A stretch of DNA of 64,000 bases from Piromyces finnis finn (Eukaryota; Fungi; Neocallimastigomycota): contig MCFH01000010.1 of the NCBI GenBank assembly GCA_002104945.1, positions 930,001 through 994,000 of the forward strand, in the 5' to 3' direction. Within the stretch, counting starts at the first letter, position 1; each line of letters starts with the position of its first letter. Positions 12,448-26,989 of the stretch are shown piece after piece. The position numbers and the translations under genes are program-made. The notes under the pieces were generated by a model, which had not been told where the DNA came from, made no database searches, and worked only from the letters and a program-made list of their open reading frames with translations.

Positions 12448-14837
12448 TGTTATTCATATTTATCAAATCATTTATTATATAATCTTATGCTATAATAAAA
12501 ATAAAATGCAATAATTATATTTAATATTAAGTATTCTATTATTTAAATTAATGAAGCTTATTAAGTATTTAATTACTCAGCAATAGCTGTCATCATCATA
12601 ATAATAGAAATATATGGATCATATATATTATAACAAATTATAACTATTAAAAATTCTTATAGAAATAATTTCTATTATACTAATAGCAATAACCTTATTA
12701 ATATATCTTAAAAATAACCAATTTTATAATATAATTAATTATATATTATTTCTCTATCAAAGAATTCATTATAATTCATTGAAGTATTTAAAAAATTAAA
12801 GTTTTAAATATTCATTAAAATCACAAATTAAGTTAATGAAACTCTATTTGGCGTAGATTAATATTAAAAAGATTAGAATGATAATTAATATTTATTACAA
12901 TGAATAATAAGGAATAGTGCTAATATTATTTTATAAATATTATTAATTATTATATTAAAATATAAAAATTATGTACTACTTAATAAAAAGAAAGATTATA
13001 TTTTTATAATTAAATTTTAAAAAGGATTAATTAACTATATATAAAATAGTTAAATATTTTTAAATTTATTTTGATTACTCATTTTTTTCTTTCATTTCTT
13101 GATGTTAAGTACTTAATAAATTTAGTAGTAATTTATGGCTAAAGAATTTTTTATACAGAATAAAATAACTTTCCAGGTTAAAGTGTTCCTTTTTTTAACT
13201 TTTTAAACTTTTTATTTTAATCAATAAAACATGAGTTGATCATTTAATTAATAATGTAGTTTTTTTCTTATTTTATCTCAATTTTTTGAATTTAATATAT
13301 TAAAATATATTAAAGTATTAAAGTATTAAATGTTTCCATAAAAGTAAATATTTATTTTTTCTTTTTTTGTAAGAAATAATTAAAATTTATATATTAAAAT
13401 ATATCATAGTATATATAAGATTCGATCAATATATCATTAAATTAATATAAAATATAAGAAAAGTATTTTTTTTTTTTTTATAATGAAAAGTCTAAATAAT
13501 AAAAATATTTATTGATTAGTAGTATAAAAGTATTTAGCATTCGTATAAGCTTTTTTTTCTTTTATTATTCAAATAATACCTATAAAAATATGTAATATTT
13601 ATCAAATAAATGTTATAAATGATATAATTTTATATTTATTGGAGTTTGTGGAATTATTTTTTGTTAATTTTATACTATACCTAGCCATTTTTATTTGAAA
13701 TAGTCCTACCAATAAAATAAGTATATAATAAAAAGATAAATTTTAAATATATTTTTTTATTTTACATGGTTACATTTTACATTTTAGGAGATAAAATATT
13801 TTTAAATAAGATTTAAACTACTTTTCTATGACAATTATAACTATAGATATTGAGCTATACAAAATACAATTACTATAATTTTTATAATATCGCTTTAATG
13901 AGATAATTGTAATAAACTATAACTATATATGATAAATATGTGAAAGATTATTAAAATTCATATTTGGAAAATATTGAATAATAATATTATAATTTTTATA
14001 TATAATTAAATATAATAAAAAAAAATTGAGATTATAATTTAATTAAATTGAACCAATTAAAATTATATATTAAAATCTATTTTATAATATATTTATTTAA
14101 TTTAATTCATTTAGCAAATATATTATTTTTGAATAATAGTAAAAAAAGTTTGAAATTTTAACTATATTTTTATGTTTTCTTTTAGAGTCACAGTTGTGGC
14201 TTGATATTTTATATCATATCTACTATTATAATTATATCCAATAAAATGAATATAAAATTGAAAGATTAAATTAATGTAATACGTTATGTAAGTTAATAAG
14301 ATGTAATACTTATATTATTTTTATTATTTTGAGTTCTTTGCAATTCATTCTTTTTAATATAAAAAATGTTTCAGTTAGACTTTTGCAACATTAATGAAAG
14401 AAAACAGCCTATTTTAATTTTGGCAATTCAATGAAATTTTATTTTCCATATTTCATTTAATTTTAAAAAATATTTAAAATGATAAAGATTGTGTTGAATT
14501 AAAGAAAAGCAAATTAGATAGTTTCATGTATGTGATATTTTTAATAACTTTTTTTTTTTTAAAACTTGGTATAGATAAAAAATCAATATTATTATAAAAT
14601 ATCAAAGAAATAAATAAGGTAATTTGTATGTTTTACTGAAAATAAAAAAAAAAAATTGAAAAGTGTATTTTCTACTTTTCAAATTTAATTATAAAAATCA
14701 TTTAATTATAAATTATAAAAAAGGTAGTATTTATATAATATTATTTAATACCTTTTTAATAGTATTATATATTATATAAATATATTAAAATATAAAATTT
14801 ATCAATCTAATCTTTATAAATAATGAATAAATAATAT

Positions 14838-14840
<3 letters not shown>

Positions 14841-14878
<38 letters not shown>
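14841..14878. repeat. (TAA)n microsatellite
   Basis: About 12 tandem TAA units in intergenic DNA. Confidence 0.85.
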
Positions 14879-16446
14879 TTAAAGTATATTAATAATATTA
14901 CATATAAATTAATATACTTTTTTTTATTATTATACTTTACATATTTAAAAAAATAATAAATTATTTTTTGCTTTTTCTTTCTTTTAAAAAAAGGGAACAA
15001 TTAAATATTTAATATTTCAATTTATTATTTTTTTTTTTGTTATGTTTTTATAATAAATAAATAAAAGATAAATTGAGAAAAAAATAAAAAAAAAAAAATA
15101 AAAATAAAAATAAAATAACAATAGTAATAATAATAAAATAAATAAAATACTTTTTTAAAAAAAATTGAAAGAAAAATATAATAATTAATTGTAATGAAAT
15201 ATTTATTATTTTAAAAGATATTAGACATTCGAGTATTAAGAGAAAACAATAAATAATTTATAAACAAAAAAAGTAAAAAAAAAAAAAAGTATTAATAATT
15301 TAAAAATAAAAGAAACAAATAATATAAAATAATATTTTTATTTTTATATTATATTTAAAATTATTTTTATCAACAATAATAAAAAGAGTACTTTTAAAAT
15401 AAAAATTCAAATCAAACAATATAAAAGACATTTTTATAAAAGTAAAAGAATTAAAAAAAATTATTAAAGTAAGTTCATAAGTTCATATTTGAAAACTATT
15501 ATTAATAATATATTAAAGTATAATAAATATAAGGAAATGTTATTTAAAAAAAAAAAAAACAGTTCATTACGAAAGTAAGAGTAATATATATATATTTTAG
15601 GAAAAATGATAGTAAATTAAAGAATAGTATATAATAAATAATAGAAATAGATATATTAAAGAAATATATATATTTGATTTAAATAAATATGTTAGTAATT
15701 ATTGTAATAAAAAGAATAAAAACTTTATATAAAAAAAAGTTATTTCAAACAACATATGATATAAAAAAAATAAAAAACAAGATATATGATACTTTTATAG
15801 TTTATAGTTCTTTACAATAAAACAATAATTTGCATAAATTAAATTACAAAGAGTAAATATATATATTTTTTTCGAGGAAAAAATAGATTTTGTCTTTTAT
15901 TTTATTTTTTTTTGAAAATTAGAATAAGAGCAAATTTCAAATTAATAACTTTGTTTAATATTATATTAATAATATTATTGATTTTAAATATATTAAAGGA
16001 AATGGTATTAACAATACCGAGAAGAAATATAATAATCATAAAAAAATAATATTAAACAATTAAAATATTAAAGCAATATGTATAAATATATTTAATATAA
16101 TAAAATAAATATCAATTCATTAAAACTAAAGTAAATTATTAAAAATAATAATACTAAATATGTTATTTATATACTTAATATATATTATATAGGAAGCAGT
16201 TATCTTATATATGATGTTTAGAATTTAATCAATAATTTATAAATATTGTAAATTATATAATTATTTACTAAATAAATTTTATTAAAATATTTAATCAAAA
16301 CTATTTTGTAAAAGGTAAAAAAAAAAGAGACTAAATTAAATAATTTATTATTTTTATTTAATTTAATGTAAAATAAATATATTTATTATTATTGTTATTA
16401 TTATCATTTTTACAGAATATTATATTTAGTGGAAAATACATTTAGA

Positions 16447-19400
16447 ATGCAAGAAGGTATCTTTTGTTTAAATATTATTAAATTATATTATTTATAGTCT
16501 TCATTTAACATTATTAATAATTACTTCTGATCATAACTTTATAATTTATTTTTATATTTTAAAATATTTTATTTCTGTATCCGAAAACATTATTAATTAA
16601 TGATTATTATAAATATATGTATATATAAAACCTATAATGTCAATTTTTTTATGTTTTAAATAATAGAAAAACAAACCACACCTATACTTTCTGAGGAAAC
16701 GAAGGAGTTATTAAATTCTCCATTATTCAAAGATTTCATATTAGATGAATCATCAATTCTAAATATTGACAAAACTTCATTATCTCCATCAAATACAAAC
16801 AATAATGCTTTATCTCCATTAAATACAAATAACAATGAATTATTTCCATTAACAGCAGATGGTAATGATACACCTTCATTAAATACCGATAATAAAACCC
16901 CAATGCCTTCTTTAACAGTTGATACAAAAACAAGCACAGATATTTCAAAACAAAGTCCTTTATCATCATTAAAACCATCTGTAACTTGTTCAACTCTTTA
17001 TGATATAGAAAGTATAGAGAAAGAAGACATACGTTCAATAGAAAAATATTTTCACACTTACTCTGAGAAATTATACATTTCAGGTTTACTCTATAAAAGA
17101 AATGATATTCAGCCAGATGGTAAACCATTTCCTTCCGTATCTGGACCAGTATGGACAAAATGGTGGGTTGAACTTTGGGGTCCTGTTTTAAAATTTTGGC
17201 ATGTTACTGATGAAGTTAATTATAGTAAATTAGAAGAAAAAAGTTCTAATAAGGTTAAGCACATTATTCAAACAGAACTTGTGCCACATCCAGATATTGT
17301 TAAAAAAATCAAGGAAAACCAAGAAACTAAGTATATCAATATTTCAGATTCTGTTGTAGATCTAATTAACTATGATGTTGGAGAAGAACCACCATTCCCA
17401 TATAATAATTTTTTGACTTTATCAACTGCAGGATTAAATTTATTTACATTAGCAACTTCGACTTCCTTTTTAGCTAATAGTTGGGTAGTTGCTATTCGAC
17501 TCTCCTGCTTTGAGCAATCCAAATTAAATGAATTATATACATATCGTTTACTTAAACGTTCTTGTTTCTTTAATACTTGGTATTCTTTTGATTATAACCC
17601 ATTAGAATTACCAAATGCATTGATTCAATCTATTACTCCATCGGATTATAAAAATGTTCATTATGAGGGATATATTCAAGCTAGAATTAATTATGCTACG
17701 GAATGGAAACGTTATTGGATTGTTATTTGTTCAAAGCAAAGTAATATCAGTGTAAATTCTGGATCTGTTGGTGGTATTGCAGAATCTGTTGCAAAAAAAT
17801 TTTTAAAAAAGAAGTCAAAGCAACATAATAAGAGTGAAAATAGCTTTTTCTCCTCCTCTGCTTCATCATTAGAAGGTAGTGAAGGCAGTGATAGTTATTT
17901 AAATAGCACTGGTAATATATTTTTCTATGAAGATAAAAAAGACGTCAAGAAAAATAAGCCTGTAATGGAAGTTGCTAGTGCATTCCAAGTATATGGAGTA
18001 TGGCCAGAAAAGCCTGAAATTGTTGAGGCTGGTGCTGGTGGTGTTATTAAGGTTGAAGGTGAAATTATTGCTGCAAATGGCAAAATGAAAACACATTTAG
18101 AAAATCGTCCAAGTACTTCTTTTGTACTTTTTATGCTACCAAATCTTAAAGAATTGATAAAATGTGTTATTTGTACTATAGGTGCTTTTCAACTTTCTCC
18201 AGCTGGTTTGGCGGGAAAGAATAAACAATATATTCTAAATAGTATGCCCCTTTCAGAAAGAAATAATCTTATTATTGATTCAAATTATATTAATAATGTT
18301 AATATTGATAATCTTGGAAATCTTGTTATGGGTAACTCAGGTGAAGATGACTCTACTAACATTGGTATATTTTCAAAGAATTATAATTATAAACCTATTG
18401 ATGATAATTCTGATGAACTAGATATTAGAACTTGGGGTCTTCTTTATCTTTCACTTCCAGAAGTACATAATATTAATATAAGTGGCCTTTCAAATATATT
18501 AACAAAAATAAAGTATTCACAAATATTAGCATTAAAGCGTAATTCCAGACTATCATTAAATCTTCATTATTTTAGAAATGAAGTAGAAGAATCCATTCGT
18601 TGTAAATGTATTAAAGAAAGAAAGGAAATTGAAAAAAAGATTTCTAATATTAAAAAGGCAAGTACTATTAAGGATCGTAATAAAAATAAAGACAGTGCAT
18701 CAAAAGAAATATCTCCTGTAGATGAAATTAAAGATAACACCCCAACTAATTTAAATAAAAATGATATTATACCGCTTCTTAATTTTGGTGATTCCACACC
18801 TGTTTCTCTTGAAAAGGAAATAAACGAAACATTTAATACTCAATCTATGGTTAATGGTTCCTTAGAACTTGAAGGTATTTCTTTAATAAATAAAGAAGCA
18901 AAAGTTGAGGAAGCTAAAGAGGAAGATAGTAGTGATAGTGATGATGATGATACACCATTAGCTCAAATGAGTCCAAAGAATAAAGAATTTAATTTAACAT
19001 CTGTATCTCCAAAGAATGATACAGATAGCGTGAAAGAATCGCCAATAAAAGAACAAAAAACATCTATGATTGAAGAAGAATCAGTAAAACTTGCTAAATT
19101 TGAATTAGATTCCCATACCGAAACCACTTCCCAATCTAATTCTGACTCTGATACTGATTCTGATAATGAATTACCACAAGGAATGACTATTGCAGCTACT
19201 GGTATTGATGTTGCTAATTTAGCAAAATCACCTTTCATGAGTGAAAAATCACCAAGTATATCATCCTTTAATAATATTGAAAATAATGCGGATCAGATAA
19301 CTCCATCAGGTGTATCTTCAAGAGGAGGAGTATCACCAGGATTTGTATCTACTTCATCTCCACTTAATAATGAAAATACCAATAATATATCTGCTAATAA

Positions 19401-19977
19401 TGATGAGCTTGAAATTGAAAAAAAGAAAGATTATGCACCATCAGAGTTTGAAATGCTAGTTATGGATGCTGCTGATGCTGTTGCAGCTTTATCTATTGAT
19501 CATTTTGATGAAATGAAAGAAGAAGATGAGGAGGAAGAAGATGATGGTCAAATTGCTATGGTTGAACCACCAGAAATGCCAAGTACTCCACCACCACCAG
19601 GTAAACAATATGCTTTAGTTGCTCAACCAATTTTATCAGAGGACGGTGAACAGGTTATTTCATGGAGTTACAGTTATCAATTAGTTGACACTGAACAATA
19701 CAATATGGCCCAAAAACTTCAAGAACAAGCTATAGAAAATGATGAAGACGATGATGACGACGAGGACGACGACGACGATGATGACGACGATGAATCTGTT
19801 TCATCAGATGATGTTCCATTAGCTAGTGCTCGTCTACAAAATAATGCAGAAGGCAATAGTAAGTATCTTTTTAATATTTATAATATTATTATGTGATTTT
19901 ACATTATTAATGAAATGCATTAAAATATTTAAAATAATGTTTTTATTTTTTAAAATTAATATTTAAATTTTTACTAA

Positions 19978-20036
<59 letters not shown>

Positions 20037-22370
20037 GTAGTTGGACAAATTCCAATGAGAGACGCTATAAATATGTTCCAAAACTTAGATCCAACTAGTG
20101 AGGAATTTGCAAAACTTTTACAAAGTAAATTAATTAATATTTATATATAAAAAATTTATAATTATATTTTTTTTAAATATAAAATAATAATTTTATTTTT
20201 TTTTTATTTTTTCTAATGTATTTACATAAATAATATAGATCAAAGAATGAGTGTATTAAAGGGTGATTCAACCCTTACACCTGCTGAATTGGCGAATATT
20301 CAATTACAAATACAACAACATAAAGAAGATGAAAATCCTTTACAATTACAACCACCACAACCATTCCAATTATTTGCTCCAAACTCTTTGATGGCTCAAA
20401 GAGAAAAGGTTAATGCTCAAAGAAAAATATTAGAAGAACAACAACAAAAGATTAGAGAAGAATATGGAAATGTACATACTGGACCTTTACTTGGTACTGT
20501 TAATAAGGACTCAAAAAAACCAAAACTTGATGGTGGTTTAGTAGGGGAATTAGATCGTCGTGCTCGTGAAAAAGAAATATTAAAAAAGATGGGATTATAT
20601 AAACCACCACCACCACAAGAACATCTTCCATCCTATCTTCAAAAGAGTGGTGGTGTTACTTCAAATCCTCATTTATCAATACAAAATCAAGCTTTACTTA
20701 ATCGTAATTCAATGATTATGAATCCCCCAAGCATGTTAAATAACCCATTAATGCGTCCACCAGTCATTCAGCCACCACAACTCATTCGAAATTCAATAAT
20801 TCAAAATCCAATGATGAACTTTGGTCAACCTGGTTTTTATCCACCACCTCCAGGATCATTCTATGGAGGAGCATTGCCACCACCACCACCACAAGGAGGT
20901 ATTATACCAAATACAGCTGTACCACGTCATATGGATTATGAATTTGATGATATTAATGTTCATGAAAGAGATAGTCTAGCAAAGAACTGGTTAGAAAAAG
21001 AAAGAGAAAAAGAAAGACAACGTCAATATGAAAGAAAAGCAGAACATAATATGAGAATGTCTAAATCATTCCCATCAAATATGAATAATTTAGCTAAAAA
21101 CTTTAGTGATTCAGAAAATGAGGATGAACCTTTAGGTAATCTTGCTGTTAGTACAAAGAAAAATCTAAAGAAAGGAAAAGGTTCTGATTCATCGGAATCC
21201 GAATCACCATCTTCTTCATCATCATCATCAGAATCCTCATCAGAAACCGAAACCGAATCTGAATCTGAATCAGGCACCGAATCTGAATCTGAATCTAAGA
21301 AATCTAGTAAAAAGAATTTAAGATCTGAACTTAAAGAAAAACAATCTATTAGTGTTGATACAGATAAAAATTCAACAGTAGATGAATTAATGATTCCAAT
21401 TGAAAAAATCAGTACACCAAAATTAGAAAAGAAGAAGGCAAAATCATCCACCGGTGGTGAATTTGAAGAAGCATTTATTAAAAAAGGAAGAAGATCATCT
21501 GATGCTGTATCTAGTAGTAGTTCTAGTAGTTCAGACTATCATCGTAATAAGCATATGTATTCATCCCATTATTCCCAACCATCATCTGCTCGAATGAATC
21601 ATTCTGCTGATTATTATTATAGACATCAACAACCACCACCACCACCACAAAATGTCGTTAGTCCTTATGGTCCTTATGTAAATAGTTATAATCCAAATAT
21701 GTATAATAGAATGTATTCATCACCTGCACTAGGTAATGTCACCCCAGGAGGTAATCGTCGTTATAGTTACTCTAGTAGTGATGATAGTTATTCAGATCGT
21801 CGTCATCATCGTCACCATGATAGAAGTAAACGTAGTAGTAAGCGTCGCCATCGCCGTAGAAGTAGTAGTGAATCTTCTTATTCTGATGATAGTGATTCTA
21901 GTTATTCTTCAGATTATAGTCGTAGAAGACATCGTCACCGTCATCATCGTGATAAGGACAGAAATAAGAATAAATCTCATAAAAAAAGAAGTAGTAAAAA
22001 GAGTCATAAAAAAGAAAGTAGTAGCAATATGTCTACTGAAGAACTTATAGAACCACCAACTATTCCTATTGGATTGAGTGATGAAATTTTAAAAGAGTTA
22101 GAAGAAAGTTTTGATCAATTTATTGATGAATGTATAGAAATGAAACCAAAATATCAAGTTACACAAAATGAACTTTACAATACCTTTAGTCAATGGTGGA
22201 ATCAACAGGAAATTGCTAGAAAAGCAAATGAACAACAACCATCGTTTAAAGATTTAGAAAATATGATGATTGATAATGGATTTACTCTAAGACCATGGAA
22301 AAAATCAAAGTATTCACCAGAACCTCCAGCAGATGGTAAGGATGTATGGCATAATTTAAGGATAAAATAA
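16447..22370 (+). CDS. Skg3/Caf120-like tandem PH-domain protein, ~1805 aa, with long disordered tail and C-terminal winged-helix-like domain
   Basis: Exons 16447-16456 (tentative), 16667-19858, 20041-20124 and 20239-22370 join in frame. Motifs YISGLLYKRNDIQPDGKP..WTKWWVELWGPVLKFW..YINISDS..LSTAGLN..SWVVAIRLSCFEQSKLNELYT and EGYIQARINYATEWKRYWIVI..YGVWPEKP..IKVEG match the Skg3/Caf120 family. Confidence 0.85.
19978..20036. repeat. (TAA)n microsatellite inside an intron, next to the 3' splice site
   Basis: About 19 TAA units ending just before the GTAG acceptor at 20037-20040. Confidence 0.92.
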
Positions 22371-23944
22371 TGACAAGTTTATCAAAATATCGTAGCATAA
22401 TTTAAACAGAAATAAAAATGAAACTAATATAAAATAAAACTATAAAAAAAAAAAAAAGAAAAGAAAGAAAAATACAAGAAATAAACATTGCAAAACAAAA
22501 CAAATAATAATAATAATAATAATTTTTATATAAATATTTGACTATTTAAATTAATATATTAATATATTATATACTACTAATAATCATGAAAAAACAAACT
22601 TTTAACAAATAATTATCTTATAAAATAGTTTTATTTATTTTATTAAATATAATTATTAAATTATACTATTTCTAATATTTAAAATTTAATAAACTAAAAA
22701 CCCTCATATACAAAATAAAAAATAAAAAAAAAAAATAAAAAAAATAAAATAAAAAAAATTTAATAAAAAAAGTTTTTTTTATTAACATTTTAAAATATGA
22801 ATAATATTATATATTAAGTATAATCTTAAAAGAAAAAGAAAAAAAAAGAAAAAAGGAAAAAAAAAAAAAAAGAAAAATAAATATAAAATATAATATGAAT
22901 TGTTATACATATGAATATAAAATAATTTTTTATATTTTATTTTATTTTATTTTTTTTCTTTTATTTTTTAAAAGAAAAGCAAAATATGCATTTTCAAAAT
23001 TTAATTTATACACATCTTCAATTTCATTTTTATTATTATTAATAATATAGATATTATTTTAACGTTATTATTAATAGTAATAGTTAAAAAAAAAATAAAG
23101 TAAAAAAATAAGTATATTAATTTATTAAATAAAATAAAAACTGAATAATCTGTCAAATTTTTTATTTAAATTTTGTGTAACATAAAATAAATTTATTATT
23201 TCTATTTTTAAATATGTAATGTACATATTTAAAAATATAAATAATTGTATAAAATAAATATATTAAATGAATGTTATGTTTTTTTATTATTTACATTATG
23301 TTTTATTGTATTCTAGAAAATAAATAAATATTAAATATGTTAGATGTATCTTTATATTTAGGAATACTCTTTCTTTATGTAATTTTAAATAAGGTTAGAA
23401 ATTAATATTAATAATCTATTAAATTTAATAAAATCTTTCTGTCTTATATGTTTTTACTTTCCCAATATTAAAAGTTTCATCATTTATTAATTAATAAATT
23501 TATTTATTTATATTTTGACCTAATACACATTTATAATATTATTTAATAATATTAAGCATATATATAATATGGATATAAGAATTAAACTTTTATAATACAA
23601 ATTAAAAATTGTTATTTTACTATTCTTATTCTTATTATTGTTATTATTATTATTTATTTAATTTTTTTTTTTTTTTTGTGCTTTCATTTTTATTTTTTAT
23701 TTTTTTGTATATTATTAAGATACTTTCTTTTTTTAATTTAAAATATTATTAAAATTTTGAATGCAAAAATATTGTATAAAATAATTATTAATTATTATAA
23801 CCGTTTTATTTTTTATGCATTTGGAAAAATATCTCTATAATTGATATAATAGATTAAATATGATTTATGATCATGTATTAATATATTTAAAAATTATTCA
23901 TTAATTTGCATTAATTAAAATAATAAAACTTTTCTCCATTTAAT

Positions 23945-25158
23945 TTATTCTCTACGTAAGTTATCTAAACGGTTACGTAAAGCTTGGTCTTCATCAACAG
24001 TATTGGAAACTTTAAGTGATGTTTGTGGAGTATCAACCAACTATTTTTTTAAGATGAAATATATTAATAGTTGTTTTAATAATAATATTTTAAGTAATAA
24101 TACGGATTTATAATATAAATTAAAAATAAGAAAAGAAAAAATTAATTAGTAATATATATAAATTAGACTTACTTCTTGGTTAAGAGAAATACCAATTTCA
24201 TCAAAGATTTGGTTAACAATGTTTTCACTTTCTTCTTCATCATCTTCTTCTTCCATAGCGTTATCAATGGCATCATTCATCATTTCTTCCTTAATATCCA
24301 TTAATTCACTTTCCTTTTCAAAATTCATCATAATTTTGCTAATTTGTGGTAAGTTAATTTGTTTGTTCATAGTTTTCATAGCCTATAATATATATATAAT
24401 ATTTATTAAATATTTAGTTTAGATATTATATTGTATATTAATATTATTTATAATTGTTAAAGTTATAAATATAAAACATAGTATAATACTTACAGAGGAA
24501 ACTCCTTTCATAGCTTCAGTCATTGTTTGGTTTGATTGTAATGTCTATTATTTTAATATTAAGCATAAAAAAAAAGAATAATAAAAATAAATATTTTTTA
24601 CTTTATTAATTAATAATATTATTTTTTTATAATTGTTTAATATAAATAAATTTTACTTGAATTCGTAATGAAACTGCTTGAAGTTGAGTTTTCATTTCAT
24701 AGAACTTTTGAATATAACGTCTAGTTCTAACTAAATCTTTAGCCATAATTTTACAAGCATTCTATAGTTAAAGGTATTATTGTTTTTATATACATTATTT
24801 TATTGTAATAGGTTTATATTATTATATAGTTTGATAAATGAATAAATTAAAATATATATAATTGTTTATAGAAATTTTAATAAATATCATTTTATTATTT
24901 TATTATTTATATAATGATTGTAAAATTAATATTTAATTTAATATATTACAAATATTATGAATTTCATGTTAAGAATTTACTTACAACTTGGTTTTTTTTA
25001 GCTGTATTTTTAATATTAACAATTAATTGTTTTTCTTGTTGTTCGAGTTTAATACGCTCGCGATCTAAATCACGAATAGCTCTATTTAAAGCTCTTTTTT
25101 GTTTTCTTAAAATTTCCTTTGAAGTTGGTTTATGGAAAATATTCTTTACCTTATCCAT
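23945..25158 (-). CDS. DID4: ESCRT-III subunit Vps2/Did4 (CHMP2A)
   Basis: Exons 25158-24985, 24761-24657, 24544-24494, 24382-24173 and 24040-23945. They translate to LRKQKRALNRAIRDLDRERIKLEQQEK..NACKIMAKDLVRTRRYIQKFYEMKTQLQAVSLRIQTLQSNQTMTEAMKGVS..INLPQISKIMMNFEKESELMDIKEEMMNDAID..ALRNRLDNLRRE*, with the C-terminal MIM1 motif. Confidence 0.97.
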
Positions 25159-25981
25159 TTTATATATTTTATATTCTCTTAATTATTTAAAAAAAAAAAA
25201 AAGTTTATTAAAGAAGTATTCGCTTTACTGATATTTTTTTTATTTTTATTTGTATTTTATTAATTGAATTTTGTTTTTGTTTTTGTTTTTGTATTTTTAA
25301 AAAAAAAAATAAAATTTTTTTCTTTTTAAATGATTTAAATAATTAAATATATAAATATATTATGTATATTACTTTATATATATAATATATTTCTCTAAAT
25401 TAAAATATATTTTTTTTACTTTTTAATAATAGAATAAAAATTAAATTTAATATTGATATACAAAAAGCTAACCATTTAATTATTCTTATTTATAATACAT
25501 AATTTAATATTGCATTTAGTATAAGTATTTAAATTTAATAAATAAATAATTATTATTTTAAAATTTATTATTTTAATTCTTCGTTAACACATATATAACT
25601 GAAAAGCATTAAAAAAGAACACTAATACTATTAAATTTTCTTAAAAAAATTTTAAATTTTATTTATTAATAATTAAAAAAGAATTAATATTTATTATATA
25701 AAAAAATGATGTATTTAACTTAGTATTAATGTTTAATGTTTATTATTGTAAAAAATTTAATAACAATAATGATTAAAATGGTAGAATAATGTTATTTAAT
25801 GTTAAGTTGATAAATAAATTTATATATATATAAAGAATAGTAAAATTTAGATATATATATATATATATATTTGGTTTTGGTTTTGATTTTGATATTGTTT
25901 TAATAGTTAAATGAGTTACTAAAATTGTTTTATTATAATAAATAATTACAATTTTTAAAATTTAGTGAATTTATTTTGGAT

Positions 25982-26442
25982 TTAGTTACGGTGACGTCTT
26001 ATTCTGTTATTATTTGGATTTCTCCTATCTGAAAATTTTCTAAAAATTAATAATATGAAAAAAAATTTTTTATTAGATATTATTATTTTTTATAAAGAAA
26101 TTAACTATATATATTTATTAATATTTACTCTCTTCTGTTATACATTTTATTATTATTGATATTATTGATATTATACATTCTATTTTGATTATCACTGCTG
26201 TTTCTAATCATATTATTACTACTAATAGAGGACCTTTCATATCTTTGACGTTTATTAGAATTTGAATTATAATTATCACTTGTTGATTTTAAATCTTGAT
26301 TCTTTTTATAATTATTACTATTTATATTATTAGTATTATTAGTAGACTTGTAATTCTTAACACCAGTACTTATTATATTGCTATTGCTTGTACTTATTGC
26401 ATTATCATTATTATGATTATTACTATTATTATTATTATTTTT

Positions 26443-26475
<33 letters not shown>

Positions 26476-26900
26476 ATGGGTATTGTTATTTGATACATTT
26501 ACATTACTATCATTCATTATGTTATTTTTCTTTAATGAATTATTTGAACTACCTTGAATATTAATACTTTCAGATTTTCTACGTTTAGCATCTCTATTAT
26601 TATCTTCTTTATCATTTCTTTCTCTCTTTCTATCATCTTTATTTGGTTGCACTTGATGCTGTTGTTCTTCATTAAGAGTATTTTCTTTTGATTGACTTTC
26701 ATTAGATCTCGAAGAGTTCTTGGTATCAGATATATTTCTTTTATTATGATTGTTTTTATAATTATTATTATGCATATCCTTACTTGAATTACTATTATTT
26801 CTTATTTCGTTTTCTAAATTTTTCGTATTTAAAATATTGGTTTTTGAATTACTTTTATTTATACTAGTATTATTTTCATTACTACTACTACTACTACTAC

Positions 26901-26989
<89 letters not shown>

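Noticed and set aside
14785-15000. 71-aa hydrophobic ORF, and similar ones at 30-224, 42214-42396, 44912-45148 and 53801-54049
   Set aside because: Products of AT-rich or (TAA)n sequence, introns or antisense strands; I/L/F/Y/K composition is typical of spurious ORFs.
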